This document shows, piece by piece, positions 13,648 through 27,162 of a stretch of DNA of 64,000 nt. Position 1 is the stretch's first letter. Each line of letters opens with the position of its first letter. The notes under the pieces are model-generated. The model had not been told where the DNA came from, searched no databases, and saw only the letters and a list, made by a program, of their open reading frames with translations. A program made the position numbers and the translations under genes. This DNA comes from Neoconidiobolus thromboides FSU 785 (lineage: Eukaryota; Fungi; Entomophthoromycota). The stretch covers positions 1-64,000 of the forward strand of contig MU626265.1 of NCBI GenBank assembly GCA_025603075.1, written 5' to 3'.

Positions 13648-15261
13648 TCATTTTTCCTCAGCTCGTAAAGGGATATGCTGTAAAAATAAAGATGAAATTA
13701 AACCTAAGGCTAAAAACGGAACTCCTGTAAAGAAGAAATACTTGAATCCATCAACATAACATCCTTTGATTTTTTGAATCAACTCTGGGCTTAAGCTTGA
13801 TATATAAGACGTATTCTTAGATAATTGAGATAGATCCACTTCAGACGAATATTTTAATAAGGAATTTGTTGTTACATTTTGATATACAGCTCCAAGTACT
13901 GCAATACCAATAATTCCACCAAAATAAAAAACAAATTCAATTAAAGAGGTCGTAATGGCAACATCTTTTTTATCAACTGCAGCCTGTGACGCTATTAAAC
14001 AAGTCTCTACGCAGAGACCAATACCTGCACCAAGTATAGCGGAGAATATATAAAATTGAACACGAGTAATTTCATTACTCATAAAAATGCCTAATAAAAT
14101 AATCCCGACCAAGCCAACTATTGTTCCAAGGATAGTCAATGGGTGGTAAATCTTAGTTTTCAGGATAAAAGCACTTGATCCAATAGCAAATATTATTAGG
14201 CCACTTATTAATGGGAGGATCCCTATGGTAGAAAGTCGAGCGCTTTCGTGGTAATAAAGTTGAAAATATAATGGCATATAAATTATAATAGCAAAGAATA
14301 CAGCACTAATAGAAAACGTTACGGTACATGAAATAATGACATTGGGTACTAACAAATGGCCAGGAATTATAGGCTCTTTTGATACTTTCCATTGAGTATA
14401 AACAAAAACTGCTAAAGATACAAAACTTAAAATTAAAGGTACAAGAACAGGAGCAGAACTCCAAGGATAATCTTGTCCACCCCAATTAAGACCCAAAGTT
14501 AAAAGTATAGTAAACCCAAGAAGAAAAGTTGAGCCCAAGTAATCGATTCTTTTCAAATTTTGCTTTAAGTTACCTCTATTACTAGGAAAACGAAAAAAAA
14601 CACCAATGCAGACAATAGCTATAAAGCAAAATGGTAAATTAATATAGAAACACCATCTCCAAGATAGCTTGTTAACAAAGATTCCCCCCAAAATTGAGCC
14701 CAAGGTAGATGACACTGTAGTAGCAATAGTAAGAATCCCCATATAAACACCTCGTTTATGAATAGGAACTAAGTCGGAAATAATAATTGAACATAAAGTA
14801 ATCAAACCGCCACCACCAATACCAGCAATAGCACGAGATATAATTAGCATTGTAATCGATTGGCTAATACTACATAGTATGGAGCCAATTAAGAACACAA
14901 CTAATGCAAAAATGATAGTAGGTTTTCTTCCAAATATATCAGACAGCTTGCCATATAACAGCTGAAATCCGTTACTGGTCAAAAGATAAGCTGTAGAAAC
15001 CCAATTAATTTCCTTCAATCCATTCAAATCAGACGCGATTGCACCTATGGTAGTTGCTATTATAGTAGTGTCAATTGAAGCTATTGAGACAGTAGAAAAT
15101 AAGCCTAGCATTATTAACCAAAATTTTAATGAGCCAAGCTCTATTTTAGGCTGTGAAGAATCATCATTTGATTCTTCTTGGTTTTTAATGTTGTTTAGAT
15201 TAATTGGTTCCTCTATTTTAATTGTGTCACTCATACCAATATCTATTATTTTTGTTTTCAT
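13648..15261 (-). CDS. MFS drug:H+ antiporter, 14-TM DHA2/EmrB-like exporter
   Basis: 537-aa ORF. Motifs ASIDTTII, YGKLSDIFGRK (motif A), RAIAGIGGGG, WRWCFYINLP and DYLG are typical of the DHA2 family. Confidence 0.92.
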   Translation of the reverse strand: MKTKIIDIGMSDTIKIEEPINLNNIKNQEESNDDSSQPKIELGSLKFWLIMLGLFSTVSIASIDTTIIATTIGAIASDLNGLKEINWVSTAYLLTSNGFQLLYGKLSDIFGRKPTIIFALVVFLIGSILCSISQSITMLIISRAIAGIGGGGLITLCSIIISDLVPIHKRGVYMGILTIATTVSSTLGSILGGIFVNKLSWRWCFYINLPFCFIAIVCIGVFFRFPSNRGNLKQNLKRIDYLGSTFLLGFTILLTLGLNWGGQDYPWSSAPVLVPLILSFVSLAVFVYTQWKVSKEPIIPGHLLVPNVIISCTVTFSISAVFFAIIIYMPLYFQLYYHESARLSTIGILPLISGLIIFAIGSSAFILKTKIYHPLTILGTIVGLVGIILLGIFMSNEITRVQFYIFSAILGAGIGLCVETCLIASQAAVDKKDVAITTSLIEFVFYFGGIIGIAVLGAVYQNVTTNSLLKYSSEVDLSQLSKNTSYISSLSPELIQKIKGCYVDGFKYFFFTGVPFLALGLISSLFLQHIPLRAEEK

Positions 15262-15673
15262 ATGCTTCCTTTATATCATTTTGAGTTATAATAATATTTT
15301 TTATCGTTTCAAGGCTTGAGATCTAATTGGATAGATATAGTATTTTTTCATATACCTTTTAGATTAGGGAAAATATATTGAGGTTTAAATTGAATTTTAT
15401 AGTTAATTTCAATTTATCATATCACTGTTATAATTAGAACATGGATTAGGGATTTTATTTGGTGTTACCTGAGTTTATTTATGACAGCTTTTTCTATATT
15501 TACATTCAGTAAATACAAAATTACAATACCCAACCTACATTTAAATTATAACAGTAGTAATTGTAATATTATTCAATGAAATGAATAAATTAGATTTTCA
15601 TTAAAGTGCTACTTTGATAATAAAAAAGCGAAAAAAATAAGACTGTGATGATCAATTTGTATAAAATAGAAAG

Positions 15674-15773
15674 NNNNNNNNNNNNNNNNNNNNNNNNNNN
15701 NNNNNNNNNNNNNNNNNNNNNNNNNNNNNNNNNNNNNNNNNNNNNNNNNNNNNNNNNNNNNNNNNNNNNNNNN
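15674..15773. other. Assembly gap (100 N)
   Basis: Run of N; TAAAATAGAAAG occurs on both sides. Confidence 1.
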
Positions 15774-16264
15774 TAAAATAGAAAGCTTTGTTTTTTCTTT
15801 TACAAATCGAAAGCGGAGTAATATTGTTACATGAATAATACAATATATCGGATTAATATGATTTTAATAAATATTGATTCAAATTAAGTCATTTTATAAA
15901 GTAAAAAGTTTTTCTATATAACTTCACTTTGTTTGTTTATTATATATAGTTTGTCTATATCATTGATTTATCACCTGCTTTGTTTTATAGTCCCTTTTAT
16001 CATAAAATAGGTAATATAAATTCAACAAGGAGCGAACTTAATATTTTTAAAGTAGTTAATCGCACTTTGGAATATTTCGTCTACCATCAGAAATTGGTAT
16101 TTTTATGAACAGGTGATTTAATAAGGTCAAAATACTATTAATTAAACAACTATAAACATTGATATTGTAGGCTGATTGAAAGTTATAAAATTTCAAAGTT
16201 CATTTTTCGAACAGTAGCATATTTTAATAAGTCCATTTTATCAGGTATAGAATATAAATATAAT

Positions 16265-18216
16265 TTATTGATTAATTGTTGCAATCATATCCAATTTATC
16301 ATCTGGGGCACTAACAACATAAAATATTGAGTCCAGTTCTTTAGTTTTATCCTTCAACTCAAAAGAGAAATTCTTGATTAAATTTGCAGAAACTAAATAC
16401 AGCTCCATCCAAGCAAGTCTATTATAAAATAAATTAAAATCATTTTTTTAAAAGGATAAATCCTTACGTTCGCCCGATGCATGCTCTAGGTCCAATTAAA
16501 AATGGCATAAAATTACTATTCATTTTAAACTTTTTATTTTGAATCCAGCGATCAGGATTAAACACTTCAGGATCTTTCCAGTTCCTAACTGAATTGTGTA
16601 ATGCTTTTATATTTATGCCAACTATAGACTAAAAATAATTAGTAGAGATTTTGAAAAATGCTTTTAAATTACGTCTTCTGGAATGAAATACCCATCAATA
16701 ATTCTTCCGCCTTTAGGAACAATTCTCATAACATTCCCTGAAACAACAGGTACTATTCTTAAGCTTTCATGCAATACAGCACTCAAATATGGACACTCTG
16801 TTTTACATTTATTAAATGTAATTTCATCTTTATTTGGAAATGTATTTGCTATTTCCTGTCTTAATTTCTCATAGATATCAGGGTGTTTTGACAATAAGTA
16901 AAATGTCCTAAAAATTAGTTTCAGTTATATTTATACTTATATTTATATATTAAATACCAAGCTAATGAGTTTGATGTGGTGTCTGTTCCAGCAATCCTAT
17001 CGAGTAGGTTTAGTTTGTTATTATAGTTTGTGTATAGATTATTACAATTGAATAATAGATTCCTCGGCAAGTTCTTTTTCTGTAAGCTTCTTACCAGTAT
17101 CTGGGTCCGATGCTGTAATGAAAGCGTTTAATATAGTTGTTCTATCTGGATGTGACTTTGAATTTTCTATAGCTTTATAGGCAAACTTTTATGTTTTAAT
17201 ACAATTTATCAAGCTTGTATCAAATACTACCTCGTATAAGTTTTGGACACTTTTAAACTTATAAATTTTTAAGATAGGCATCATTGTACACTAAAGAGTG
17301 GATACCAGATTAAAAACTCAAAATTTGATATATATATACTATGCTTACAAGGATGCTTATAAAAAAGAAGTCTTTGATCCAACCTATAACAGGATGGTAT
17401 CCTTCATTTAACATGTCAAATGAGTTCCCAAAGGCAAGGCTCCCAATAACATCCTAAAAGTAGCTTTAATATTGGATTGTTAAGTTAAAGGTATATCCTA
17501 CAAATGAAAAGTAATGGAAATAAATAGATAAATCAAACACATCCTTCTCTTTAGCCAAATTTTTGATCTTATTAATTAAATTAATAACATTTTCAATAAC
17601 AATATGCTCAATCGAATCAATTGCTTTTTCAGAAAAGCTCGGAGCTAAGATTTTTTTCTATTTTAAAATCAATTATAATCCGAAAATTTGAAATCAGTAA
17701 ATATACTCTTTGTCTATGGAAATCTTTATCTCTACTTTGTGTTAACAAAAGTCTCAAACGTAGTGATTTAACCTTACCTTGTACTAAATATTGTTTCACC
17801 AACAAGCTGAAAAGCAGAGTAAAATCTTGATTTGGGATAAGTATAAGTTGAATACAACTCTTTACATGCAGAATCGGATTCAAATGAAACTGCAATCCTT
17901 CCTATCATAAATTAGGCTTATTATAAAAATACCTATTCAACATTTTACAATACCTAATCTAACAACGCTACCATACTTTTTATGTAATTCAAATATTACC
18001 TTATGGCCAGTTCCCTTCCACATGTAATATTGAAAAATAATAGGAAAGAATTGGTAAATTAGTGGCCCTGGAATTTTACGTAACGGACTAAAAAAGATAG
18101 AATAGATAACCTATTTTGATAAGATTAGATGAATATAATATCCTGTAATCAATTACATTATAAGACCAGTATATAAAATAAGAAAAAATGACTGCTGATA
18201 AAATAATTTTCAACAT
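16265..18216 (-). CDS. Cytochrome P450, about 12 exons, apparently intact
   Basis: Manual splicing gives an N-terminal TM anchor, IPGP, HKKYGSVVRLG, I-helix AGTDTT, K-helix ESLR, PDRW and heme motif FLIGPRACIG. All introns read GT-AG and no frameshift was found. Confidence 0.9.
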
Positions 18217-19029
18217 TTTCAAGACTAATTGGAAAAAAGAAAAAAGAAGGCTTTTATACCATTGGTTCAATTTAGTTTAATCTTGTTTTTAAAACAGACT
18301 GAGGGCATTAATATGCGGATTGTTTATTCCTAAAAATTGTTTTTTTCCGAAAGTTTACCCATTTGTATGGGGCATTTAATATAAAATTAAAGCTGTAAAT
18401 TAAGTAAATGAGTTTATAAAATATTAAAATTAAGTTTACTTTTATTCCAAAATGGGGAATATCAAAATCAAAAACATTCTTTTAGATAAATACTAAAATA
18501 AAGTGTAGTACTAAAACAACATCAAAAATAACACGATGTATAGTTTAATTGACAAAAAATATACACGGCTTTTAACTTATTTATAGTTCTTTGGAACTGT
18601 TAATATATAAGTGTTAAAAGTACAAGAATTTCTAAAAACTATAAATAGTATATTAAATATCTGTATAAATTTTTTAATGTGTTGCAATAACAAGCGTTTT
18701 ATCAAGGATTCTTCAATCTTAAAAATCTATTTCACCTTGTTTTTTTAAAACTCTGGATCCTTTTGGAAATGTGTTTTGTTTAGAATAAATCAATAAAAAG
18801 GAGAAGATTGAGGGGCTATTCGGCTACCAAACGTTTAACTTCCAGAACTACGGTTAATTAATGGGTTGGGTAAGTGAGTAGCAATGGGCTACCCTGTGTG
18901 TTATTATTTAACTTTGTTACAACTTTTCAGATCAATTTTTTTGTATCAAAAATGAACCCAAAATTATGATAAGTAGGAAACAACAAAGTTTATAATAAAA
19001 ATAAGCTATATTAAAAATAGAATAAGACA

Positions 19030-21600
19030 CTGCTATTTGATCACTTTGGGGTAATTTCCATCAAGCCATATTAACATTTTTAGATAAAGACGATTTTTAA
19101 TTCTTATTATTATCACAAGAGTAATATGAATCAACATCTACATTAATTCGTTGTCTTTTTTACCTAATTTAAAAACTCTAACTCTTTTTAAGCCTCAGAA
19201 AAAAATCTGAAAAATTTTCTCCTCCATTTAAATGAGCTATAACTTCAAATAGATATTCTTGATCCACAAGGAACTGTTGACCTTTTTTAGGATAGTACAT
19301 TTCTTGTGTATCCTTATATACTAAAAAATAAAAAAAGCCATCAAAGCCTTCTTCATCGTATCTTTTGGCCCTTGAAATTCGAACTAAGTATCAAAAATTT
19401 AAGGTCTAATCAATTCAAATAGCAATTTATTTGTCTGATTTTTGGGCTTCTTGACGACGAAACTCATAATAGGAAGAAATTTGTATAGGACAGATGGCCT
19501 CGGAAAGACCAATCGAAGTATCACTGACTTGAGATGAAAGTATCGTCGCTATTTTTGGATCCCTTTTGAACTTATTCAAAATTTTCATATTTCTACTTGT
19601 TTTATGTCATCCATCATAAATAAAGTACATTTTTAGAGCTTTAGTATAAACCTTAAAGTGATTTAGATTTTAGTTAAGATTAGTTAGATATAAACTATCT
19701 TTATTATTCGTGCATTATCACAAAATATTATTATTTTATCTCCTCGCTTTTTATAATAATCAACTAAAAGTTGGCATGTTCGAGATTTATTACAGTTCAT
19801 AATAAAAAATAAGTTGAATTTTCTAAATAACTAATCAGAATTATCATTAAGCTCAACAGTTGATTATCTAGGTTTTCCATCAAGATAAGCTTTATAAAAC
19901 TTTGATTCTATTAGACATTATATTTCGGATCACTATATAAATTGGTATAAAGAAGCTATATTGGTTGCAAGTATATCTTATATCTGAACTGGAGCGATAT
20001 AACGTTTTTCAGATAAATCCACCCAATTAGCTTCATATAGTTTAGACTGAATTGATGTATATGAATTTTTAATTTTACCATTTCTTCGTACAAGGATTGC
20101 TAGTATTAAAAAGTCAAATAAATACTAGCTGAGTATTTCGGTATCTGTGAGATCCAATTTAACGTGGGCTGAAATAATAATAGGAATCTTTCAAAACATA
20201 CTGACAGGAACAATATGAGCTTCATCTAATAAAAGAAGCCTCCATCTACAACCTATTAATGTACCCATTACCCTTTTCGTATCATCAGATCTATTTGTTG
20301 TGTTGAGGATCATTGAATAAGTAGATATAATTATTCCAGCACCCATGGAGAAAGTTCCTATTTTTTCAACAGTAATGACAGTAATAGATTCTCCACTAAT
20401 ATTAGAGATTTAAGAAACTATTCCTTCAATCAAATTGCAGAGATTCTATTGGCTATTAGCTTACTGGATTAAAATTTGTTATTAACTATGATGTACGTAA
20501 CACAAAGGCGCTCTTCTTCATTGTGGTTTCAGCTGCAATACCAGGCTTCACTAGCTCTGTATAGCAATGCAATCATTCCGGAGCGTGTACATTTCTAAAT
20601 GCATTAATAAATTTAGCAAATAAGAAATCATTTTGCCCATTTTCAGACATTTTTGAGAGAGATTTTTGTTGATGAGGCCGAATTGTTAGATCTGATTTTA
20701 AACTGATTTTAAGATCAGGATCAATTGTATCTTTACGAAAGTCATACTCTTGTAATAGCAAAAGAAGAACTTTGACATATCCGTTTTTAGTTTTCTTTGA
20801 TAGAAATTTTATACCAATTGCTTTTTTATTAAAACTAGTTACTTTAACTTGAGCTTTTGGGATATTTATAAAATAGAGAGCGTTTTATTTCTTTTTTAAT
20901 ATATAAATGTACTCAAAGGAAATAAAAATATTTACTTTTAAAGTCATAATAAAGTAATGTTATATATATTACTAAAACTAGTGTCACGATTTACATCTCT
21001 TTGTAACTAAGCCTCATTATTATTCACCTTAATAGTTGAATTTTCATTAACCATATTTTCAGCATTTTGATAAGATTCTACATTGAAGTCACATAATAGT
21101 TGAATTACAGGATCTCTAATAAGCTTTCGTAATATTTCAAATAAGTTGGTTCTAAATAATAGTCATTGTCCTTAAGTAACAACTTTACTTTCCCGTAAGA
21201 TAAAGTACAATCCTAGATTAATTCAACTAAAGAACTAGGTAGTAGATTCTAAAAATAGGTTCAATGACCTTTCTTTTCAAAAATATAAAGATTATCTTGG
21301 AAAAAAGTTTTAGATTGGTTATAATTTCTTTACTTTCTAAGCCAAGAGAGACTGCAGCATGAAGTTAATAGCAGGCAATTTTATATCCTTGGACCATTCT
21401 AGATCTAATAATTTTAGCTCATAAACAAATAGACCTGTATAAAAGCGTCTTATAATAGGCTCGCTAATTGTCAATAGAAACTCCTTCCCTTGTTCAGATA
21501 TAGATGAAAAAGTTTCTAAAGTTATTTGATAATTTTTGGGGTCAATCCACATGGACTTAAACTTAGAAGTTTTGTCGGAACAACCAGATGTGAAAGTATT
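19030..21600 (-). pseudogene. SSL2: Decayed XPB/RAD25 (SSL2) TFIIH helicase copy
   Basis: Fragments MWIDP...LETFSSISEQGKEFLLTISEP, QEYDFRKDTIDPDL, LLDEAHIVP, KLYEANW, DTSIGLSEA...RRQEAQ and KDTQEMYY match XPB in order. Walker A is degenerate and frameshifted, and multiple stops are present. Confidence 0.85.
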
Positions 21601-22539
21601 TTATGCAATTCAATCATAATTAAGTTTAACTCCTCAGTTAAAGTACTAGGCTCGTCTCTTTTTAAGCCAACTTTTAAAATATCTAATAACCATTCGTTTT
21701 AGTATCTAGCATAATTATATATTTATTATATATACCAATATTAATTTTTCTAGGACTCACCTAATTTATATGAGGTATATTTTATTATTTTATACTGTAT
21801 TTTGAACTCTCAAATTATTTCAAATAGTTATAAAAACTAACTGATTTTATTTCTTGGATTATTTTTATACTTTTTACTCCAATATAAAGAACTTACCATA
21901 TGATAAGCGCAGTTGATAAAAGATTTATAATATATTAATTGAATAATAATAAACCAACATATAAAATTAAAGGTAAAATACTATAGAAGATGGGACAAAG
22001 CCGAAAACAGAGTAAAAATTAAAAACTCTATCTTATGTGTTTTATTCAATATAGAATATTAATTTAAAAAATAAGTAAAATTTATTTTAAGCTTAATTTA
22101 TTTATCAAGGGAAATACAGTTATATTTGGCAGTATTTGCGTTAATGAAATTTTTTACCTTTCATGCAATTCAAGTTGAAATAAAAGACTAAATACAATTA
22201 ACCTAAATTAGTTATTAAAATAATCTTGTGCAAAAGTGACTTTTATTTAATATTAAATTGTAAAAAAAGGTTCCCAAATAAAGCAAGTATTCATAAGCAT
22301 AATCCTGCATTTTTTTTCTTTTTACAAGCTTAAAATTAAAAATTGTTAGTAAGATATCGAGACAAAAAAAATATTCAAAGGCTTAGTCATTTTAGCCTCT
22401 GTTTAGTTTTTAATAAACAAGACCACATTCATATGCAACTAAAAGAAAACATTTTAATTTCTTTCTTTTTTAAAATTTAAATTTAAATACAATTATAAAC
22501 GATAAAAAATTAAAGGGGAGATAGAAAAAAGATATAATT

Positions 22540-24274
22540 ATGGAACCAAAAACGAAGACAAAGGCAAGAAGTAGGGTAGAAGCATCAAAATTAAAATTAG
22601 ATAATGTTGATCACTTATTAAACAATATAATAAAACATCTAGACGCTCACCCAAACTTGGAATTTAAACAAAAAGCATTTGGTAAATATTTGAATATTTA
22701 AAGCTATAAATTAATTGTTTTTAGAATACTTAAAATGGGTCAAAAAAACACTTAACATCATAGTTAAAGAAAAGGATTGTAATAACAATAAACAGGTCAC
22801 CAAAGAAGTTTCTCAATATAAAGCTATGTTGGTTGGAAACTTTGAAGTTGATATCACTTTATCACCCTCAACAAATAATATAGATTTAATAGGAGGAAGT
22901 CAAACTTATAGTCAGTTTTTAGAATATGGCTCCGTCTTTCTAGGAAAGGTTATGGATCCATACAAATTATGGTTGGATAAACTTGATTTAAAGGCAATTT
23001 TAACAAAAAAAGAACCTAGTATTTTATCTTATACATTGATTCTACTTCTTGCTCACTTTACCCTTCCACGTGACAGCGTAGCTTATAATCAAATTTACAG
23101 GAAGGCTTTACAGGGAATAAAAGCAACCTTATCTCAATCTTATTCTAATCCATGCTACAATCATGTGGTAGCTTTACGATTACTAAGCCTAGTTAATTTT
23201 TTTCATTCTAATTTTAGTCTTGCCAGACGTTATATTTCGGATGCTGTAAGGATGGCTCAATGTTTAGGATATGATATTAATGACTCTTCATTTGATGCAT
23301 ATGGTGTTACAGATATAAGGTACAATGAGTTATCTCGAGGTAGAAAGGTTTGGAAAATGCTTTACTTTACCTACCTAATTCTTTCATTTTACATTTCAGA
23401 TATGCCCTTTGTCAGATTTGAAGTAAAAGATCCCCTACATTTTTTTAGAGAGAATCAAAGTATATACAATAATAGAGAAAAAACAGATTACAAGGTTGCT
23501 AATGAAGATTCATATAAACATATAAAAAATTTCATTGAAGTAGTTTTAAAAATATTTACTCATGTACAAAAGGTAAAAGAAAATTATAATATTTCAAGCG
23601 ATTGCTCTATAATACCTTCCAATGAACTGCTTTTACCACGAAGTGAATTTATAAGTTGCTCAACTATATTAACGAGTTTAATTCAGCATCTAAAGTTAGT
23701 AAAAGATGAATGTGAATACACTAAAGAAGAAATAGAGATAAAGATAAATGATCATGAGTTTAATTTTCTAAGGTATCTTAAAGTATTAATACAATACACC
23801 GCTATTGTACTTTATTATCCATCTGTGATGGTTTATCCTCAGCCTATTAACTTTACGAAGCCAAAATTAAAGCTATTATTTAAGCATGCTAACCAAATCA
23901 TTACATATTATTTAAATAGTAACTTAAGTGAAAATTCGGATTGTAAGATTTCTACTAAAGTGTATCAGTTTGGTTCTAAAGATGGATTTGATTCTGTCAT
24001 CGACATGCCATTTCACTATCAGGCATATCATTCTTTTTTTGTCCTCATTAATTTATTACATCAAACATCAATTTTGCAATATGAAGATATAATAATGATC
24101 AATGAATCAAAAACAAAATGCGTGATGCTAGTCAAAGAACTTTATAGAATCTCTAAATCTAATAATACACATTCCAAAGATTGTGCTAATAGATTAAATC
24201 AGATTAAGCAATGTCTCCCTCGATTTCAGTTATCTATAAATTTGATACAAAAGATATCCATATACTTAAATTAA
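22540..24274 (+). CDS. Fungal TF-like (MHR) protein, family A, no Zn2Cys6 cluster
   Basis: Exon 1 22540-22681 (142 nt), intron 22682-22724, exon 2 22725-24274. Motifs AVRMAQCLGY and GRKVW. Confidence 0.85.
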
Positions 24275-24758
24275 CTTTATTTAAATAAATTATGGATTTT
24301 TCTACATATCCATATCTCCAACCTCCTTATTTTACTTTTACTATCTAGTTTAATTTAAACTCAAAACTTAACTATTTCTTAGTTTTAGTATACTGAAAAA
24401 TCACTTGTTACACCTGATGTCTTAAATAACCTTATAAAATAGTTTCTTTGCTCTAGTATTTGACTAAAACTTTGACTTTATGCATACAAAAACAGATAAT
24501 TAATAAAAAATAATATTTTTGTATGAACTTTGTAATCGATTTAAATTTAATTGGAACTTTTATCCTGGATTCTAATTAACTTAAGTTTACCAAAAGTAAA
24601 AATTAAAATTTTAAATACTTTTAGTTGTTACTTTATTTGGCAAGTGGTTAATTCATTGATTTGGCATTAACAAAATTGACAATTTCATCTTTGTGAGTTC
24701 AAAATTAAATTAAATACGATCATAAATAGTAGAAACCTAAGGAATAAAAAAGAAAGCT

Positions 24759-26506
24759 ATGAAATCAAACTCAAAGACGAAGATAAGAAGTAGGGTAGAT
24801 ATATTTAAATTAAAGTTAGACAGAGTTGGTTCTTTATTAAACAATGCATTTAATCAACTGGATTCTCATTCAAACTTAAAAGTCAAACAAATCGCATATG
24901 GTAGTTATCTTTAACTCTTATAATGGCTAATTTATTTTTAGATTATTTAAAATGGGCTCAGAAGGAGCTTGAGGCTTTAAATAGAGACAGCAACTACACA
25001 GAAAATAATAAAATCTTCAAAAAAATTTCACAATTTGAGGCTATATTGGATAGGAACTCAAAGGTAAATGCTGCTTCATCCTTGTCAGTAGACGAAACAG
25101 TATATGTAAATATAGGATCAATGAAAGTATATCAGACTTATGGTGAATTTATAGAGAACGGTACTGTCTTTTTTAAAAAGGTTATGGACCCAAGCAAATT
25201 ATGGGTTGAGGAATTAGATTTAAAAAGAATTCTAGAAAATAAGGAGCCTAATATTTTATCATATACTTTAATTGCACTCCTCTCTAGATTCACTCTTCCA
25301 CGCAATAGTATGAACTACCAACAAATTTATGGGAAAGCTTTGCAGGGGGTAAAAGCAACCTTACCACAAGCTTATTCTAATCCAAGTTACAATCATGTGG
25401 TAGCCTTAGGATTATTATCTTTTATCGGTTTGTATCGCTTAAATTTCAGCTTTGCTAAGCGATATTTTTTGGATGCTGTAAGAATGGCCCAATGTCTAGG
25501 TTACAATATTAGTAATTCTTTATTTGATGAGATAGATGCTACTGATGTAAGGTATAATGATTTATTAAAAGGTAGAAAGATTTGGAAAACCCTCTACCTT
25601 ACATATTTAGTCCTTTCATCTTGTATTTCAAATATGCCCTTCATCAAATTTGAAGTAAAAGATCCCTTGCACCACTTTAAACAGAACCAAAACAACTACA
25701 ATGCCAATAAAGTGTTGTGTTCAGAAATTTCAAAAGAGAGTCGATACCTATGTGTTAGAAATTTCATTGAAGTAAACATAAAAATAGCAACTCATATACA
25801 AAAGGTAAAAGAAAGTTATGAGACTAATAAAGATTACTCTAAAATACCTCCCAATGATTTATTATTGCCGCAAAAAGAATTCATAAACTGCTTGACAATA
25901 CTAATAAATTTAATTCAAGATCGAAAATTAGCAAAAGACGAAAGTGAATATAGCAAAGGAGAACTAGATGAGAGAGTAGATGACGATGGGTTCAATTTTG
26001 AGAGATACATTAAAATCCTAATTCAACATACTATAGTTACGCTTTACTATCCATCTGTTATGGTTTATCCTCAACCTGTTCCTTTTACAAGCCCAGAATT
26101 AAAACTATTATTTAATCATGCTAATCAAGTCATCACATTTTATTTAAACAAAGGTCTAGATAAAAAATTTGACCGCGAAACTTTTACTAGAATGTATCAT
26201 ATTAATCCCAAGCATAGATTCCAGGCCATCATAATACCATTTTATTACCAAATATGCTATTGTTTTTTCGCACTTATTAATTTGTTACATCAACCGTCAG
26301 TTCTAGATCCTGAAGATATATATATGATTGATGAGTCTGAAACGAAATGTTTATTATTTGTCAAAGAACTTAGTATAATATCTAAATCTGGTAATGTAAA
26401 GCAGGCTAAAAATTCAATCAATGCTTTGAATCAGATCAAGTATTGTATCCATCAGTTTCAGCTGTCTGAAGATTTAACACAAAAGATACACGCATACTTA
26501 AATTAA
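24759..26506 (+). CDS. Fungal TF-like (MHR) protein, family A, tandem paralog
   Basis: Exon 1 24759-24900 (142 nt), intron 24901-24941 with GCTAAT branch site, exon 2 24942-26506. Motifs AVRMAQCLGY and GRKIW. Confidence 0.85.
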
Positions 26507-27011
26507 CCTTTAACAATCTTAAAATGAACCTTGTATGTTTCTTTTATTTAACGTTTATTGCCGTTTCTATAATAACGTAAGTTTTTTCATATGTTAAAAA
26601 CAATTCTGAACCAATAGTAATCATTCTTTATTTTACTTCAAAAAGGGGGCTTCTTTTAGTCAATAATTGTAATAAATGGATTTTTGAGTTTTGTACTTAA
26701 ATAATTTTTAATGAATATCAATTTATGTAAACAGTTGCCCATGATGAAATTAAATATTAGGCGAACGACGTATAGTTGGATTTATATAAAGTTGTTCTTA
26801 TTATACCATTTTTTAACTTCCTTAATTGTCAAATGTAAACAATAAGTAGGTAGTATCGTTTTTCTAACTATAATAAATGACCAAACCATAAAAATAATGT
26901 AAAAAACAAATAAATTTATTAGAAGAGGAATTCGCCTGCATATTATACAATGTTAGAAGTAGCTCTGCTAAAACCAAACAGCATTTAATAGTAAATTATG
27001 TAAAATAGATG

Positions 27012-27118
27012 ATATGGGGATGTATTTTTGTGTTTAAGAATTTTATTAACAAATTTTCCGCCCAAATAGCGCTTAAAAAATGGAAAAAATAATGAAGTCA
27101 AAAAAAACACTCCCATAT
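27012..27118 (-). mobile_element. MITE family 1 copy
   Basis: ATAT-GGGGATGTATTTTTG...CACTCCC-ATAT; near-consensus. Confidence 0.92.
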
Positions 27119-27162
27119 ATATGAATCAAAAACAGGAAGAAGTGTTGGATACAAAGTATAAA

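Noticed and set aside
18790-18900. GC-richer island with GTAGC...GCTAC inverted repeat, considered as an RNA gene
   Set aside because: No tRNA, snRNA or snoRNA signature was recognised; it may be a coding relic.
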